A stretch of 64,000 nucleotides of DNA from Saprolegnia diclina VS20 (lineage: Eukaryota). The translations under genes and the position numbers were made by a program. Shown piece after piece: positions 22,179 to 33,417 of the stretch. Position 1 is the stretch's first letter. Each line of letters starts with the position of its first letter. The notes beneath the pieces are model-generated. The model searched no databases. It worked only from the letters and a program-made list of their open reading frames with translations, and was not told where the DNA came from. The DNA lies in NCBI RefSeq assembly GCF_000281045.1, contig NW_008246083.1, forward strand, positions 350,625 through 414,624, written 5' to 3'.

Positions 22179-22610
22179 TTAATAGTCCTGCGACGCCGAG
22201 GACTTGGTCTTCTTCTCCTTGACGGGCGTCGTCGTCGGCGCCGTCTTCTTGGGAAGGAGGATGTTGTGGATGTTGGGGAGCACACCGCCCGACGCGATCG
22301 TCACGTCGCCGAGGAGCTTGTTGAGCTCCTCATCGTTGCGGACCGCGAGCTGGATGTGGCGCGGGATGATACGCGACTTCTTGTTGTCGCGCGCGGCGTT
22401 GCCAGCAAGCTCGAGGATTTCGGCGCAGAGGTACTCGAGGACAGCGGCGAGGTAGACCGGGGCACCACCGCCGATGCGCTGGGCGAAGCGGCCCTTCTTG
22501 AGGAAACGAGCGACACGACCGACCGGGAACTGGAGGCCGGCCTTCGACGAGCGCGACGAGGCCTTGCCCTTGGCACCGCGGCCACCCGTAGCTTTACCCT
22601 TGCCAGACAT
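22179..22610 (-). CDS. H2AX: Histone H2A.X (copy 1)
   Basis: Canonical H2A (AGLQFPVGR...) ending in the SQDY phosphorylation motif. Confidence 0.97.
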   Translation of the reverse strand: MSGKGKATGGRGAKGKASSRSSKAGLQFPVGRVARFLKKGRFAQRIGGGAPVYLAAVLEYLCAEILELAGNAARDNKKSRIIPRHIQLAVRNDEELNKLLGDVTIASGGVLPNIHNILLPKKTAPTTTPVKEKKTKSSASQDY

Positions 22611-22874
22611 CTTGTGCTTGTGTTGTAGAGATCAAAATCTTCAATGAGCGATGTCGGGCGGCGGCCGTGCCAGAAGTATTCCGCCAATCAGAGGCTCGAC
22701 AATCCGCATGGCCAATCATATGCAAGTATTTCGCGCCCTGCGCAAAAAGCTCCATCGTCGTGTCTGGCCAGTCCGGATAACGGAGGGCGGGAACCGCCGA
22801 GCGTATTCTCGTATCCGGCACCTACGCTGGCCTCCGTTAAGCCTCATTTTTGAATTTCCATTCGAACCAGCAAG
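22611..22874. promoter_or_regulatory. Bidirectional H2A.X/H2B promoter with CCAAT boxes
   Basis: 264-bp divergent spacer with GCCAATCA twice. The motif TGATTGGCGGAAT..TTCT is shared with the upstream region of H2A copy 2. Confidence 0.7.
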
Positions 22875-23234
22875 ATGGCCAAGACCCCCAGCAAAAAGTC
22901 CGCCAAGGCCCCGAAGAAGACGGGCGAGAAGGGCAAGGCCAAGAAGGGCAAGCGCGTGGAATCGTACTCGACGTACATCTACAAGGTCCTCAAGCAGGTC
23001 CACCCGGAGACCGGTATCTCCAAGCGTGGCATGTCGATCATGAACTCGTTCATCAACGATATCTTCGAGCGCATCGCCTCGGAGGCCGGCAAGCTCTCGC
23101 GCTACAACAAGAAGTCGACCTTGTCGTCGCGTGAGATCCAGACCGCCGTGCGCCTCATGCTCCCCGGTGAGCTTGCCAAGCACGCCGTCTCGGAAGGCAC
23201 GAAGGCCGTGACCAAGTTCACGTCGTCGGCTTAA
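22875..23234 (+). CDS. H2B: Histone H2B
   Basis: [21 protein letters not shown]...REIQTAVRL...[12 protein letters not shown]. Confidence 0.97.
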   Translation: MAKTPSKKSAKAPKKTGEKGKAKKGKRVESYSTYIYKVLKQVHPETGISKRGMSIMNSFINDIFERIASEAGKLSRYNKKSTLSSREIQTAVRLMLPGELAKHAVSEGTKAVTKFTSSA

Positions 23235-23293
23235 ATCCTCGAGCGATGAGCGTGGCATTTGCTTGGCCATGGCAACATGGCCTCCCTCAATTT

Positions 23294-23309
23294 GGTGTTT
23301 TTAAACACC
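23294..23309 (+). other. Histone mRNA 3' stem-loop of H2B
   Basis: GGTGTT-TTTA-AACACC followed by ACCCC. Confidence 0.85.
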
Positions 23310-23573
23310 ACCCCTCTCCCTACGAAATGATATCCTATACTGTACAGTCATGCTCAACTGCTCCTAAGTGCAGGACGTCGAAGCAACGAGAACGTTACGA
23401 CGGCGTGCCCACAAGAACCTCGGCTCTAAACGTCACGTATCTATACGTGACTCTCGCTGTATTTGAACACTTCGCAGGAGAGCAATAAAGCATCCGACAA
23501 GATATTTTTACCATTGGCAACGTTGCGGGCTGTGGCCATCCGCAGCCAAGATGATGCTGGATATGCATGATGT

Positions 23574-26500
23574 CTACTTGGCTGCGTCGAGAAGCACTTG
23601 GCACTGCGACTTGAGGCGCTGGAGATCCAAGCTAAAGATCGGCAAAATGTGACGTTTGGCGTCCGAGGTGATGGCGCACGTACCGGTCGGCCACGTCCCA
23701 GCAGAGTGCGAGGAGGTCGTCCGCAGGATTCTTGGCCACGAGCGCCGAGAGCTGGAGCGTGCAGACGTTGACGAGGCTCTCGATGCCCAAGAGGTTGGCC
23801 ATGACCACGAGCTCGACGACTAGTCATTGCGAGCGTCACCACTGCATCGCACGACCTGTACTACCTTGGTCCAGCTCGAGCGTCTGGAGCATTGCGCGGT
23901 CGCCCGTGTAGAGCCAGTGCAGTGCGCGCTTGAACGTGTCGACGTCCAAGCCGTCGCCAGCCATGTCGGCGAGCGAGACCGTGTCGCCCACGTCACGGAA
24001 CCGACCAGAGAACAAGCTCTCAAAGTACGGGATCGTGCTCAACAGCGCCTTGTGGGCCGGCAGCCGCGCGTCGTCCCAGAGGAAGTAGACGTCGGCTTCC
24101 GTCGCATCCAGAACGACAGTTGCCATGGACCGGCTAAAGACCGACGCGGGCTCGGGCGCCGCCACGCCGCGCTGCTTGCGGTGGTGCTCACAGCGCGCGA
24201 CGAGGTCCGTCTACGCCATCGATGCAGCGCACACCATCGACTAATGGCCATAAGACGTACGAGACCAAGGGCGTCGGCGACACCGCGCAGCGCCGCAAGC
24301 TTGTGCGGTGCGATCTCGAGCCGGTCGGCGTACACGTACGTCATGAGTGCCTTCAGGATCTAGTCCATGCCACGCCGAGTCCTTAACATGTTGATGTCGA
24401 GCAAGCGTACGGACGCATCGAGGCCCGGGAGGTCGAGACCTTCCAGGGGAACGACCCCCGACGGTGCGTCGCCGTGGGCGACGGCTGCGCGTATGTAGCC
24501 ATACAGCTGCGGGCAGCGAGCCTTGAGAAAGACCTTGTGCAATGGCATCTAGTACGCCAACTGAGCGGCCTCCTTCGTCCTCGAGATCGCGACGCACCAC
24601 CGTGTCCTTGAGTGCCACCGAGACATCGGAAAACTAGGATCGACATGATAAGATCTGGTAGGATCCAGAATTGCAGACGCACCGCGCCCGAGGCAAGAAG
24701 CGATCGAAAGCCCATCGCATACGGCAGCCCGAGGTACTGCACGATGGCACCGCAGAGGTTGTAGCCCGCCTAGGTTGTCGCACATGCGCAAGTACACTGT
24801 GAAGCGAGTACGTACGCGCGTGTGGCAGAGCGAGAGACCGCGGAGGTGGTCGAGTGGCTGCGGCAGCGTGTAGCCCTGGAAGAAGCCCGTGCCAAGGACG
24901 CCAAACCTACGCCTTATAGGTCGCCGCAACGTTGGGAAGAGGAAAGCCTCGTACGCGTTCCAGCCCCACGAATGCAAGACGCCGTGCACATCTGTCGCGA
25001 GCGTAAAGTGTGAACCTACAGCACCGCGTTGCTGTCGACGCCCACGACTTGGTTGACATACCGCACGTGACCGAGATGATATCGCGGAGCGACTCGTGCT
25101 TGACCGGCACAAAGTACTTGCGGTTGTCGTACAGATCCCGGCCGTTGAAGGCGACGCCGTGCTAGAATACTCGCTGAGCACGCTGTCCACGTGGGCGGCA
25201 CCGACGTACTTGGCCATATTCGCTGTGACCCCACGTGTACACAGCACCCGTTTCATCGACGGCAACGCTGTGGTGACTGCCCTACGTGGGCCTCAGCGCG
25301 CTCCAGAGCGCCAGTCCATGCAGTCGCACCGCCGCCACGCCAACGATCGGCTCGGGCAAGCCCGTCACGAGCTCTGGCTCCTAAGTACGCGTCAAGATCT
25401 AGAGAAGAATCCTCATTAACACGAGTTGTACCATGAGCGATCGGCGCGTGCCGTGGCCGAGCTGGCCCAAGGCGCTAGCACCAAGCAATATGCAAATCCC
25501 TTCTTATTGCGATGACGTACATACCCCAAGCCCCACGTGTAGCACTGCGCGACGCTGCCATGCACCGGCGACGAGATGACGAGCGCAAGGTTGTGCTGCT
25601 GGCCGCACGCAATGTCCTTGACAAACGAGCCAGCAAACGCTGGAATCTACAAAGCGTCGGAACACGATGAGAGCAGTCGCCCAGACCTTTGTAAACTCGG
25701 TCATGATGCGAACGTGGTTGAGGCCAAGCTACGACGACAGTATGAGAACGCGCGACGCCGAGTCGAGTGTCGACTTGTCCGTGCTCGTTGTAGCCGCAGC
25801 TGTACGCTTGGCCGCACGAATCGATGGCCATGCTGTGGCCAAAGCCAGCAACCACTTTCGTGATGACATGCCCCACCAGCGACGTGCAGAGCCGCGGCAG
25901 CGTCTGCCGACTGCGAAACTACGAGACACGGAGAGATGGAGGCGACCAGCGAACTCTAAACGTACAAGAGACACTTTGTTCATGCCTACGCAAGCACAGT
26001 GTGAGCTCGTGGCGCATTGGTATTGATAAAGGACCTTGCTCGTAGTCGGAGACTTCGTTTTCACCCTCAGCAAAACGCGACTCGGCGTCCTGCACGATGC
26101 GCTGAAAGAACGTGAGCTCTGGCGCCAGCGTGGCATCGATGGGCGCGGCAGGCGTGAGGCCATGCAGCATGCCCGAGGCAGCGCTGGACGTTGGCTCGGC
26201 CGGCTGGTTCGGGTCGTGCAAGAGGCCCCACATGTACACTTGCCCCGAGATCGTGGCCGCCTACGAGACGCGCGTGAGTCGCATGCAAAGACAACGTATA
26301 CGCTACGATTGAGTGCACGTTGCCGCATGCCACGTTGGTCACAATCTGGTCTTCGAGGCCCTTGATGCGCTGCGGCGTTGTCAGCGCCTCGCGGTCACCA
26401 TGCCCGAGTTCGCCGTCGTTGCCCCGGCCCCTATCGCCCATGACGACAGCACTGGCAAGAGTCACCATACCACGAGTAGACGTCGCCAAACTCGGTCACG

Positions 26501-26693
26501 GCGAGTGCATGGTTTTCGCCGGCGGCGAAGTCGGTGATGACGCTGCCACCAAAGTGCTCGAGCAGCGTCTACGTCGCCGGTTAGTTTGGCGTCTGCAAGC
26601 AGTGGGCCTCACCGGGTAGTACACGGAGCGTTCCTTGTCGCTCATCGTCGTATCGTTCATACCGCAGGTCTTGCCCCACACGTACAGCGCCAT
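23574..26693 (-). CDS. RCC1-repeat + tandem BTB/POZ protein (many exons)
   Basis: RCC1 blades GELGHGDRE...VTNVACGNVHS, VVAGFGHSMAI...GYNEHGQ, HSWGWNA. BTB segments PLHKVFLKARCPQL and LPAHKALLSTIPYFESLFSGRF...ALHWLYTG. Confidence 0.85.
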
Positions 26694-27078
26694 GCTTCTC
26701 GAATGCTTCCGGTGTCGTCGCTTGGCTTTTGGCTTTTGATTGTCAGGCGCCGCAAGAGAAAAAGAGCTACATTCTGCACCGTTTCCGGATTTTCCGGATA
26801 AAGATGCCATGACCAAGAGTGTTGATGAAAGCGACAGGCGGCGCCGTTCCAAGCGGTCGCAATTCATCGATGGACGACGACCTTTCGTTGCGCTGCAGCA
26901 CCTCCATAAGCTCGGGACTGTATCGGCCTATCTAGCTACGCTGCTTTAGTCGCTGACATGCCCATACGTGGCGTATTCTCAATAATGTTCAAAGAGGTCA
27001 TAAGATTACAGTGTTAGATACGAGTGATCCCAACTACAAGCGCAAGGATCAGCAAGGATGGCGCGAGAGAATGATGGC

Positions 27079-27981
27079 TCATGCCAAGCGCAGACGGCGA
27101 GCTTTGGGACGCGGGTAAAAGTACCCAAGGGCAAGGAGCACGTCGGGGGCGAGCGACTGGAAGCTGTCGTGGAGGCGATATTTGGTGTTGCGAAGTACCT
27201 TTTGGGGGTACGAAACCCACCATGGACTCGGGCGCGTAAGGACCTTGCTTGAGAGCGAGGGTGAATACTGCACTGGGACGCGGTGGGTGAGCATGCTCCA
27301 CATGATCTCAGTTTCCGTGGACCCTTGACCTTGGCTGGGGCCGTCACAGGTTGATGGGCGCGTGGGCTTGGCCCAGTCAAACGTGCACTGCTTTGCGCAA
27401 CCGTACACAGCGCCCGTAGTAGGTACGAGGCTGTCGATCCCGTTGACATCAGTCATGCGCCAGAGACGCTCGCGCATGGGCAACCTCGCTGGCTGGCGCT
27501 TCGCGGGCAACGTGACGGTGACTGGTTGCAGCCGGGCCTTGGGTGCTGAGAGCACTCTCGCGGCAGTGTTTCGTGGCTGTACAGTGCTTTGTGCGAGGTC
27601 GGGGCGTGGTTTGGCTTGCACTGCCGCTCGTTGCACCGTCTTGGTCACGACAACAGGAGCTACCGGTTTCGGGGCTACCGGCTGGCGTACGATCTTGCAG
27701 ACCTTGAGAAGCTGCTTGACAAGGCTTGGAGGCTTGGTCGTCGCCGCGACTTTAGTCCGTGCGCGTGGCGTTGCCGCCGATGGCGCCGCTGGCAACTTGC
27801 ATTGCACGGCTGCAGGTGGTGCAACAGTCGTCTTGACTGGCGCTGAAGGCTTGACTCCGTTGTTCTTGGGAGTCACCGCACTCTTGGTCGCTCCCGGGGT
27901 CCAGTACGGGCGCTGCATCCAAGCACGGGCGTCGTCGGTTGTCGGGCTGGAACTGCTTGCTGCCTTTTCTGACGATCGCAA
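27079..27981 (-). CDS. Hypothetical protein with Pro/Ala/Lys-rich N-terminus
   Basis: 300-codon ORF with a low-complexity N-terminal half. Start and splicing uncertain. Confidence 0.45.
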   Translation of the reverse strand: MRSSEKAASSSSPTTDDARAWMQRPYWTPGATKSAVTPKNNGVKPSAPVKTTVAPPAAVQCKLPAAPSAATPRARTKVAATTKPPSLVKQLLKVCKIVRQPVAPKPVAPVVVTKTVQRAAVQAKPRPDLAQSTVQPRNTAARVLSAPKARLQPVTVTLPAKRQPARLPMRERLWRMTDVNGIDSLVPTTGAVYGCAKQCTFDWAKPTRPSTCDGPSQGQGSTETEIMWSMLTHRVPVQYSPSLSSKVLTRPSPWWVSYPQKVLRNTKYRLHDSFQSLAPDVLLALGYFYPRPKARRLRLA

Positions 27982-28065
27982 AAATGAGACCCTGCTGCCA
28001 GTTACTACTCGTTACAGGATTTCTGTTCTTATATCAAGGTTTCCAGCAGGTCAAATTCGATCCTG

Positions 28066-29751
28066 ATGGCCAAGGCCGGGGACCGGTCGACGATTGCCGC
28101 GTACATCGAACGCTTCCGCGGCCCGGCGACGTCGCGGCAAGAGAGAGCGCGCTCGAGAGAAGCGTCCAAGCGCGAGTTCTGGTGGATCGCGGACGAGAAG
28201 GAGACCGAGGAGCATGGGGTCGAAGCCATCGACGATGCTGCGTCGGTGGAGGCGGCGTCGGTATCGGTAGCCAGCGAGATGGCCAGCCACCATGTCGACG
28301 ACGACCTTGAAGAAGAAGAAGAAAAGCCAGCAGAAGAAGATCAGCGGCAAGAGCACTCGGTGGTCCTGTCTGAGCCACCGAGCCCACCCGCGTCGCCTGT
28401 CGCGAGTGACATGACGCAGCACGACAGCCGCAGGAGCTTGGACCGTGACGAGCATGAAGAGAAGGCGCCATACGACGAACAGGCAGAGAAAGCATCGTAC
28501 GGCGAACAAGACCTGTGGGCTAGCCTGTCACCGCTCTCGTCTCCCAAACACGACGATAGTAGTGCGCTCAGCGGTCGCCACGACGACTTCGAAGCCATCT
28601 CTGTTGACAGCAGCTTGACAGACACGGTTGGGCCGCAGTGGTACGTGCGACCAGAGGAAGTGCTCATCGAAGACCCAGAAGTAACGATCCAGCGTCTCCG
28701 GCAACGCCTCGGGCTCTCGGGCTTTGACCCTGCTCGACAGCACGTAGAGTGGAACGCTCCGCTCACCTTTCCCGACTGGAGCCAAGCTATCGACGACTAC
28801 ATGCACCTCGACAATACCGACCCGCCGGGTTTTCCGTCCCCAGCTTTCTTCCAAGTTGGTGCTTCTTTTGCCGACGAGATGCCCCAAGCCACACCCTTGG
28901 CGGTTGCTGTCGACATCTGCGAACACCCCGAGCAGCCAGCACCAGCAACGGTCATTGCCCCCAGTTCGCCTCTGGCTTCGCCTTTGGTCGCGCCACTTGA
29001 CAACTCTCCGTACCGCCTCGATCCCCCGGCGCCGACTCCAGAACACGATGACATTGCGCCCGAGGTGACCACGATCAATCTGCAAGTAGCAGCGATGATC
29101 GAGATGGACCAGCAAGCTGCACATGACGCGGCGTCGCCCACCGTCCCTTCACGGGAGCCGCCAACGAGCTCCACCGCGCCATCCATGGATGCACCCGCTC
29201 TACCGCCACGGCCGCCGCGACGTGGCATCGCGTTTGGAAAGGTGCTGGCGCCGCTGGTGGTGGAGTCCATGCCGCAGGCGGCCATGGCACAACTGGACTC
29301 TGTAGCCGAAAACGAAACCTCGGTGCCCGAGGACACAGCACCGACGATGCTGGCCTCGATCATGGACGATCTCGTGACCAGTGTAGTGACGTCTTGGGTC
29401 GATCCGGCGCCTGCACCAGCAACTGCATGCGAGCCGCGAGAATCACCAGCTCTTCCCGCGGAGCCACCAATTCTTGCCAAGGATACGCCAGCCCTTGCCG
29501 AGGAGACGCTAGCTCCTATCCTAGAACCACCAATTCTTCACGAGGAGCCGCCAAAGGCAGAGTCGCTGGCACAGCGGGAGGACGACGTGAAGCAGACAGA
29601 GTGCAGTAGCGATGCTGATCCGATGGACAGCATCGCCGAGTTCTTGGACGACGACATTGTCCGCGCCCTCGTGCACCGCGTCCTCGTGTGCGAAGAAGCG
29701 CTGGCCATCCTCCGAGCGCGCGCCGTGATGCAGATACACGCGACAGGATAA
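28066..29751 (+). CDS. PROSER3-like acidic Pro/Ser-rich protein
   Basis: N-terminal IAAYIERFRGPATSRQER...EFWWI resembles the recalled PROSER3 motif (YIxRFR..PTSREER..FWW). C-terminal FLDDDIVRAL helix. Confidence 0.65.
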   Translation: MAKAGDRSTIAAYIERFRGPATSRQERARSREASKREFWWIADEKETEEHGVEAIDDAASVEAASVSVASEMASHHVDDDLEEEEEKPAEEDQRQEHSVVLSEPPSPPASPVASDMTQHDSRRSLDRDEHEEKAPYDEQAEKASYGEQDLWASLSPLSSPKHDDSSALSGRHDDFEAISVDSSLTDTVGPQWYVRPEEVLIEDPEVTIQRLRQRLGLSGFDPARQHVEWNAPLTFPDWSQAIDDYMHLDNTDPPGFPSPAFFQVGASFADEMPQATPLAVAVDICEHPEQPAPATVIAPSSPLASPLVAPLDNSPYRLDPPAPTPEHDDIAPEVTTINLQVAAMIEMDQQAAHDAASPTVPSREPPTSSTAPSMDAPALPPRPPRRGIAFGKVLAPLVVESMPQAAMAQLDSVAENETSVPEDTAPTMLASIMDDLVTSVVTSWVDPAPAPATACEPRESPALPAEPPILAKDTPALAEETLAPILEPPILHEEPPKAESLAQREDDVKQTECSSDADPMDSIAEFLDDDIVRALVHRVLVCEEALAILRARAVMQIHATG

Positions 29752-29780
29752 GACAAAGGACGACATGCTATTTAGACACT

Positions 29781-31009
29781 CTACCGCGACGACGCACACC
29801 ACGTAAAGGGCTTGCCCCACCCGACGCAGTTGTCTTGGGTCACGTCATTGAAGCAGTAGTTGCCCGCGTTCTGCGGATCGTGCATGTTGCAGCCGACGCA
29901 GACGTCATTTTGACACCCGTCACCGTCGAGGCAGACGCAATCGTTAGACGCCGGGGCTGAGGTCGGGGCCGACGTTGGGGCCGAGGTCGGGGCTGACGTT
30001 GGGGCCGAGGTCGGGGCTGACGTTGGGGCCGAGGTCGGGGCAGAGGTCGGTTGCTGCGTGGGTGTGTCGAGGTAGCATGCCACGTATGGCTGACCCCATG
30101 CGACGCAGCTGTCCTTGTCGACGTCGTTGAAGCAGTAGCCGCCATCGCTGCCGAGCATGTTGCAGCCGACACACTTGTTGTTGTTGCACTGACCATCCGT
30201 GCACGAGCAGTCACCAGTGGGCGCCTTGGTTGGTGCGTCNNNNNNNNNNNNNNNNNNNNNNNNNNNNNNNNNNNNNNNNNNNNNNNNNNNNNNNNNNNNN
30301 NNNNNNNNNNNNNNNNNNNNNNNNNNNNNNNNNNNNNNNNNNNNNNNNNNNNNNNNNNNNNNNNNNNNNNNNNNNNNNNNNNNNNNNNNNGGCTTCTCGG
30401 AGGGCTTCTCCGTCGGGGCTACGCTGGGCTTCTTGGTGGGTGCGTTGCTAGGAGCCACCGTAGGGGACGGGCTCGGCTTGGGCGAGGGGCCATCAAGGTA
30501 GCACGCCACATAGGGCTTGCCCCATGCGACACAGCTGTCCTTGTCGACGTCGCTAAAGCAGTAGCCGCCTTCGTCGCTCTGCATGTTGCANNNNNNNNNN
30601 NNNNNNNNNNNNNNNNNNNNNNNNNNNNNNNNNNNNNNNNNNNNNNNNNNNNNNNNNNNNNNNNNNNNNNNNNNNNNNNNNNNNNNNNNNNNNNNNNNNN
30701 NNNNNNNNNNNNNNNNNNNNNNNNNNNNNNNNNNNNNNNNNNNNNNNNNNNNNNNCTCGACGGTTCTTCGGTCGGCGCGGCAGTCGGGCCTTCGGTCGGC
30801 GTGTCTGGCGAGTCGAGGTAGCACGCCACATAGGGCTTGCCCCATGCGACGCAGCTGTCCTTGTCGACGTCGTTGAAGCAGTAGCCACCTTCGGCGCTCT
30901 GCATGTTGCAGCCGACACACTTGTTGTTGTTGCACTGGCCGTCAATGCACGCGCAGTCTTCATTGGCAGCAACGAGCACCGCGAGTGCGAGCGCGAGGAA
31001 GAGCTTCAT
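29781..31009 (-). CDS. Secreted protein with at least four 8-Cys modules separated by mucin-like Pro/Thr linkers (two gaps)
   Basis: Signal MKLFLALALAVLVAA; module CACIDGQCNNNKCVGCNMQSAEGGYCFNDVDKDSCVAWGKPYVAC repeated; PTSA repeats. Confidence 0.85.
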
Positions 31010-32004
31010 GGCAAATTGGAGAATGAGAGTCCGGCTAGCATGCGCCGGTCTGTATGTAGCGCGAGTGCGCTGCCTCCGCAGACCCACGTGGCGGCCAAAT
31101 CGAACCGGCGGCAAAACAGATGGCGTGACCGCCCGACCTCGCTCAATGCACGCATAGGCATTCGATGCGGGCCGGCGACGCATGCCAGCGCGTGTGCCAA
31201 CGCCGCCATCCACCCAGCAGCTTGCTTGCGTCGCTGCCTCGGCACCCGCCGGCGCCGACATTCCCGCACACCAGCGGCTCGCTGCCTCTGCCGAGTGACA
31301 GTCGGCCGTCACTCGCAGCAGCACTAATGACTGTACTGTTGGAGCACTGGGGTTTACGTATTTTATAGCTTGAAATTTGTATGTGGCTTTGATCCGAGAC
31401 ATCTATTTCATCCTGTCAAGTGCATGCCGGGAACCCACGTGGCGGCACCACGGACAAGGACGTCACGTGCATGAGGGGGGCAGTGATGATGGTGGCGGCA
31501 AAATGCGAGGATGACAGCACTTGGGCTTGGGCAAAGCTGCGAATGTCCCTTGACACTGCTGGTGGGCTCCAGCGCTGTAGCAGACATGCATTGCACACGA
31601 AATGTGGTGTTGAAGTACCAAGAGCAGCAGAACGGAAGCTGCGGTTGTGTTCCGCAGCACCAGCCTCAATGCGCTGCTGTCGTTATCACGGGTGGTCGGT
31701 GCCTGCCCAACAGTGCGCGTCAGCAAAACGACCACAAGGTTGGGTATTGCATTCGACTTTGTACATTTTGCCATGCGTCGAGGTTGCAGCTGCGCTTGAC
31801 TACATTAACTTTAGCTATAGAACGTTGGACTTCACATAGCGTTTGAATCTCGTTCCATGGGGGCGCTCGATTGTCGGTCGCTGGAAGTGAAAGTTGGTCT
31901 GCGACGAAGACACATTGCAGCGCCAACTACGGTCCCTGTTCGAGCGTGAGGCGAAGTTAACCAGGACGGTATCTTGGCAACCATCAAAGACCAACCGTCA
32001 GACA

Positions 32005-32130
32005 GGGGACTGGAGCTCACTGGGGGGACTAAGGCTCACAGGGGGACTAAGGCTCACCGGGGGACTAAGGCTCACAGGGGGACTAAGGCTCACAGGGGGA
32101 CTAAGGCTCACAGGGGGACTAAGGCTCACC
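32005..32130 (+). repeat. 18-bp tandem minisatellite (GGGGGACTAAGGCTCACA x6 plus one degenerate unit)
   Basis: Directly visible; near-identical units without spacers. Confidence 0.95.
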
Positions 32131-32789
32131 ACCAACGAGGGTGCTTCAAAGCCAAATGAAAACGGTCAGCCAATGTACGAACTGCTGCCACGGGGCGACA
32201 AGGTCGTGTGAATATTTTGAGCTTCGTCGGTCGCAAGACTGTACGCTCCATGTATGCCGACTGGGCTCGGAAGCAGGCCCAGTCCAGTGCGGCCCATCCC
32301 TGTATGCAGCTACACGCAAAACCTTGTCAGCGCTCTAATGTTAGGCTTGTAGCTCTTTGCCTGCTCCGAGCAAATGGAGCTATCGGCACGCTGACGGCGA
32401 AATGCTTCCATTTGCCAGGGTTTGGAGTGCAGTACTACTAAGCGGCAGCTCCTCGGAGACCGCAGTACGTACACTGTTGCTCAAGCCGGCTTATGCTAGC
32501 GGTGTTGACCCTTCCTTGTCCATTCCAGCATTTTGATTCAACCTCGCATTTCTCGGCTCCCCTCGCTCCTAGTGCTACTAGGATTTTCCCGCGCTCTCCT
32601 CTCCCGCGAATTCAAATCCGTTTCGAATGGGTTTCAATGGTTGGGCCCACTATGGCGCCATCTCATTGGCTAGCATACATAAACATGATTTGATTGGCAG
32701 TTCTACACCATATCGGATGGTGATTGGCGGAATGTTTCTGCAGATTGGCCCAGCGACCAACTCATTTCTGAATTCACATTCCTCAAGAC

Positions 32790-33221
32790 ATGTCTGGCAA
32801 GGGTAAAGCTACGGGTGGCCGCGGTGCCAAGGGCAAGGCCTCGTCGCGCTCGTCGAAGGCCGGCCTCCAGTTCCCGGTCGGTCGTGTCGCTCGTTTCCTC
32901 AAGAAGGGCCGCTTCGCCCAGCGCATCGGCGGTGGTGCCCCGGTCTACCTCGCCGCTGTCCTCGAGTACCTCTGCGCCGAAATCCTCGAGCTTGCCGGCA
33001 ACGCCGCCCGCGACAACAAGAAGTCGCGTATCATCCCGCGCCACATCCAGCTCGCGGTCCGCAACGATGAGGAGCTCAACAAGCTCCTCGGCGACGTGAC
33101 GATCGCGTCGGGCGGTGTGCTCCCCAACATCCACAACATCCTCCTCCCCAAGAAGACGGCGCCGACGACGACGCCCGTCAAGGAGAAGAAGACCAAGTCC
33201 TCGGCGTCGCAGGACTATTAA
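32790..33221 (+). CDS. H2AX: Histone H2A.X (copy 2; protein identical to copy 1)
   Basis: Identical 143-aa translation; a few synonymous nucleotide differences. Confidence 0.97.
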   Translation: MSGKGKATGGRGAKGKASSRSSKAGLQFPVGRVARFLKKGRFAQRIGGGAPVYLAAVLEYLCAEILELAGNAARDNKKSRIIPRHIQLAVRNDEELNKLLGDVTIASGGVLPNIHNILLPKKTAPTTTPVKEKKTKSSASQDY

Positions 33222-33281
33222 ATGTCCCTTGCATCCTGCCGATCGTGATGAACATCGCGGTCGCGCATTCCACAACAACCT

Positions 33282-33297
33282 GGCTTTTCTAAAAGCC
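33282..33297 (+). other. Histone mRNA 3' stem-loop of H2A copy 2
   Basis: GGCTTT-TCTA-AAAGCC-ACCCA. Confidence 0.85.
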
Positions 33298-33417
33298 ACC
33301 CATACCTTGAGAAAGGTTATCATCCTCGTGGTAGCTATGTATATCCTTCGTAGAGCTAGCACGACGCAAGAATCGAACGACGGGCTGCAACAGAAGACAA
33401 CTGGACATTTATTAGGC

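Noticed and set aside
32005..32130. CRISPR array or telomeric repeat
   Set aside because: Units are contiguous with no unique spacers, no cas genes, eukaryotic context; the unit is not TTTAGGG/TTAGGG-like.
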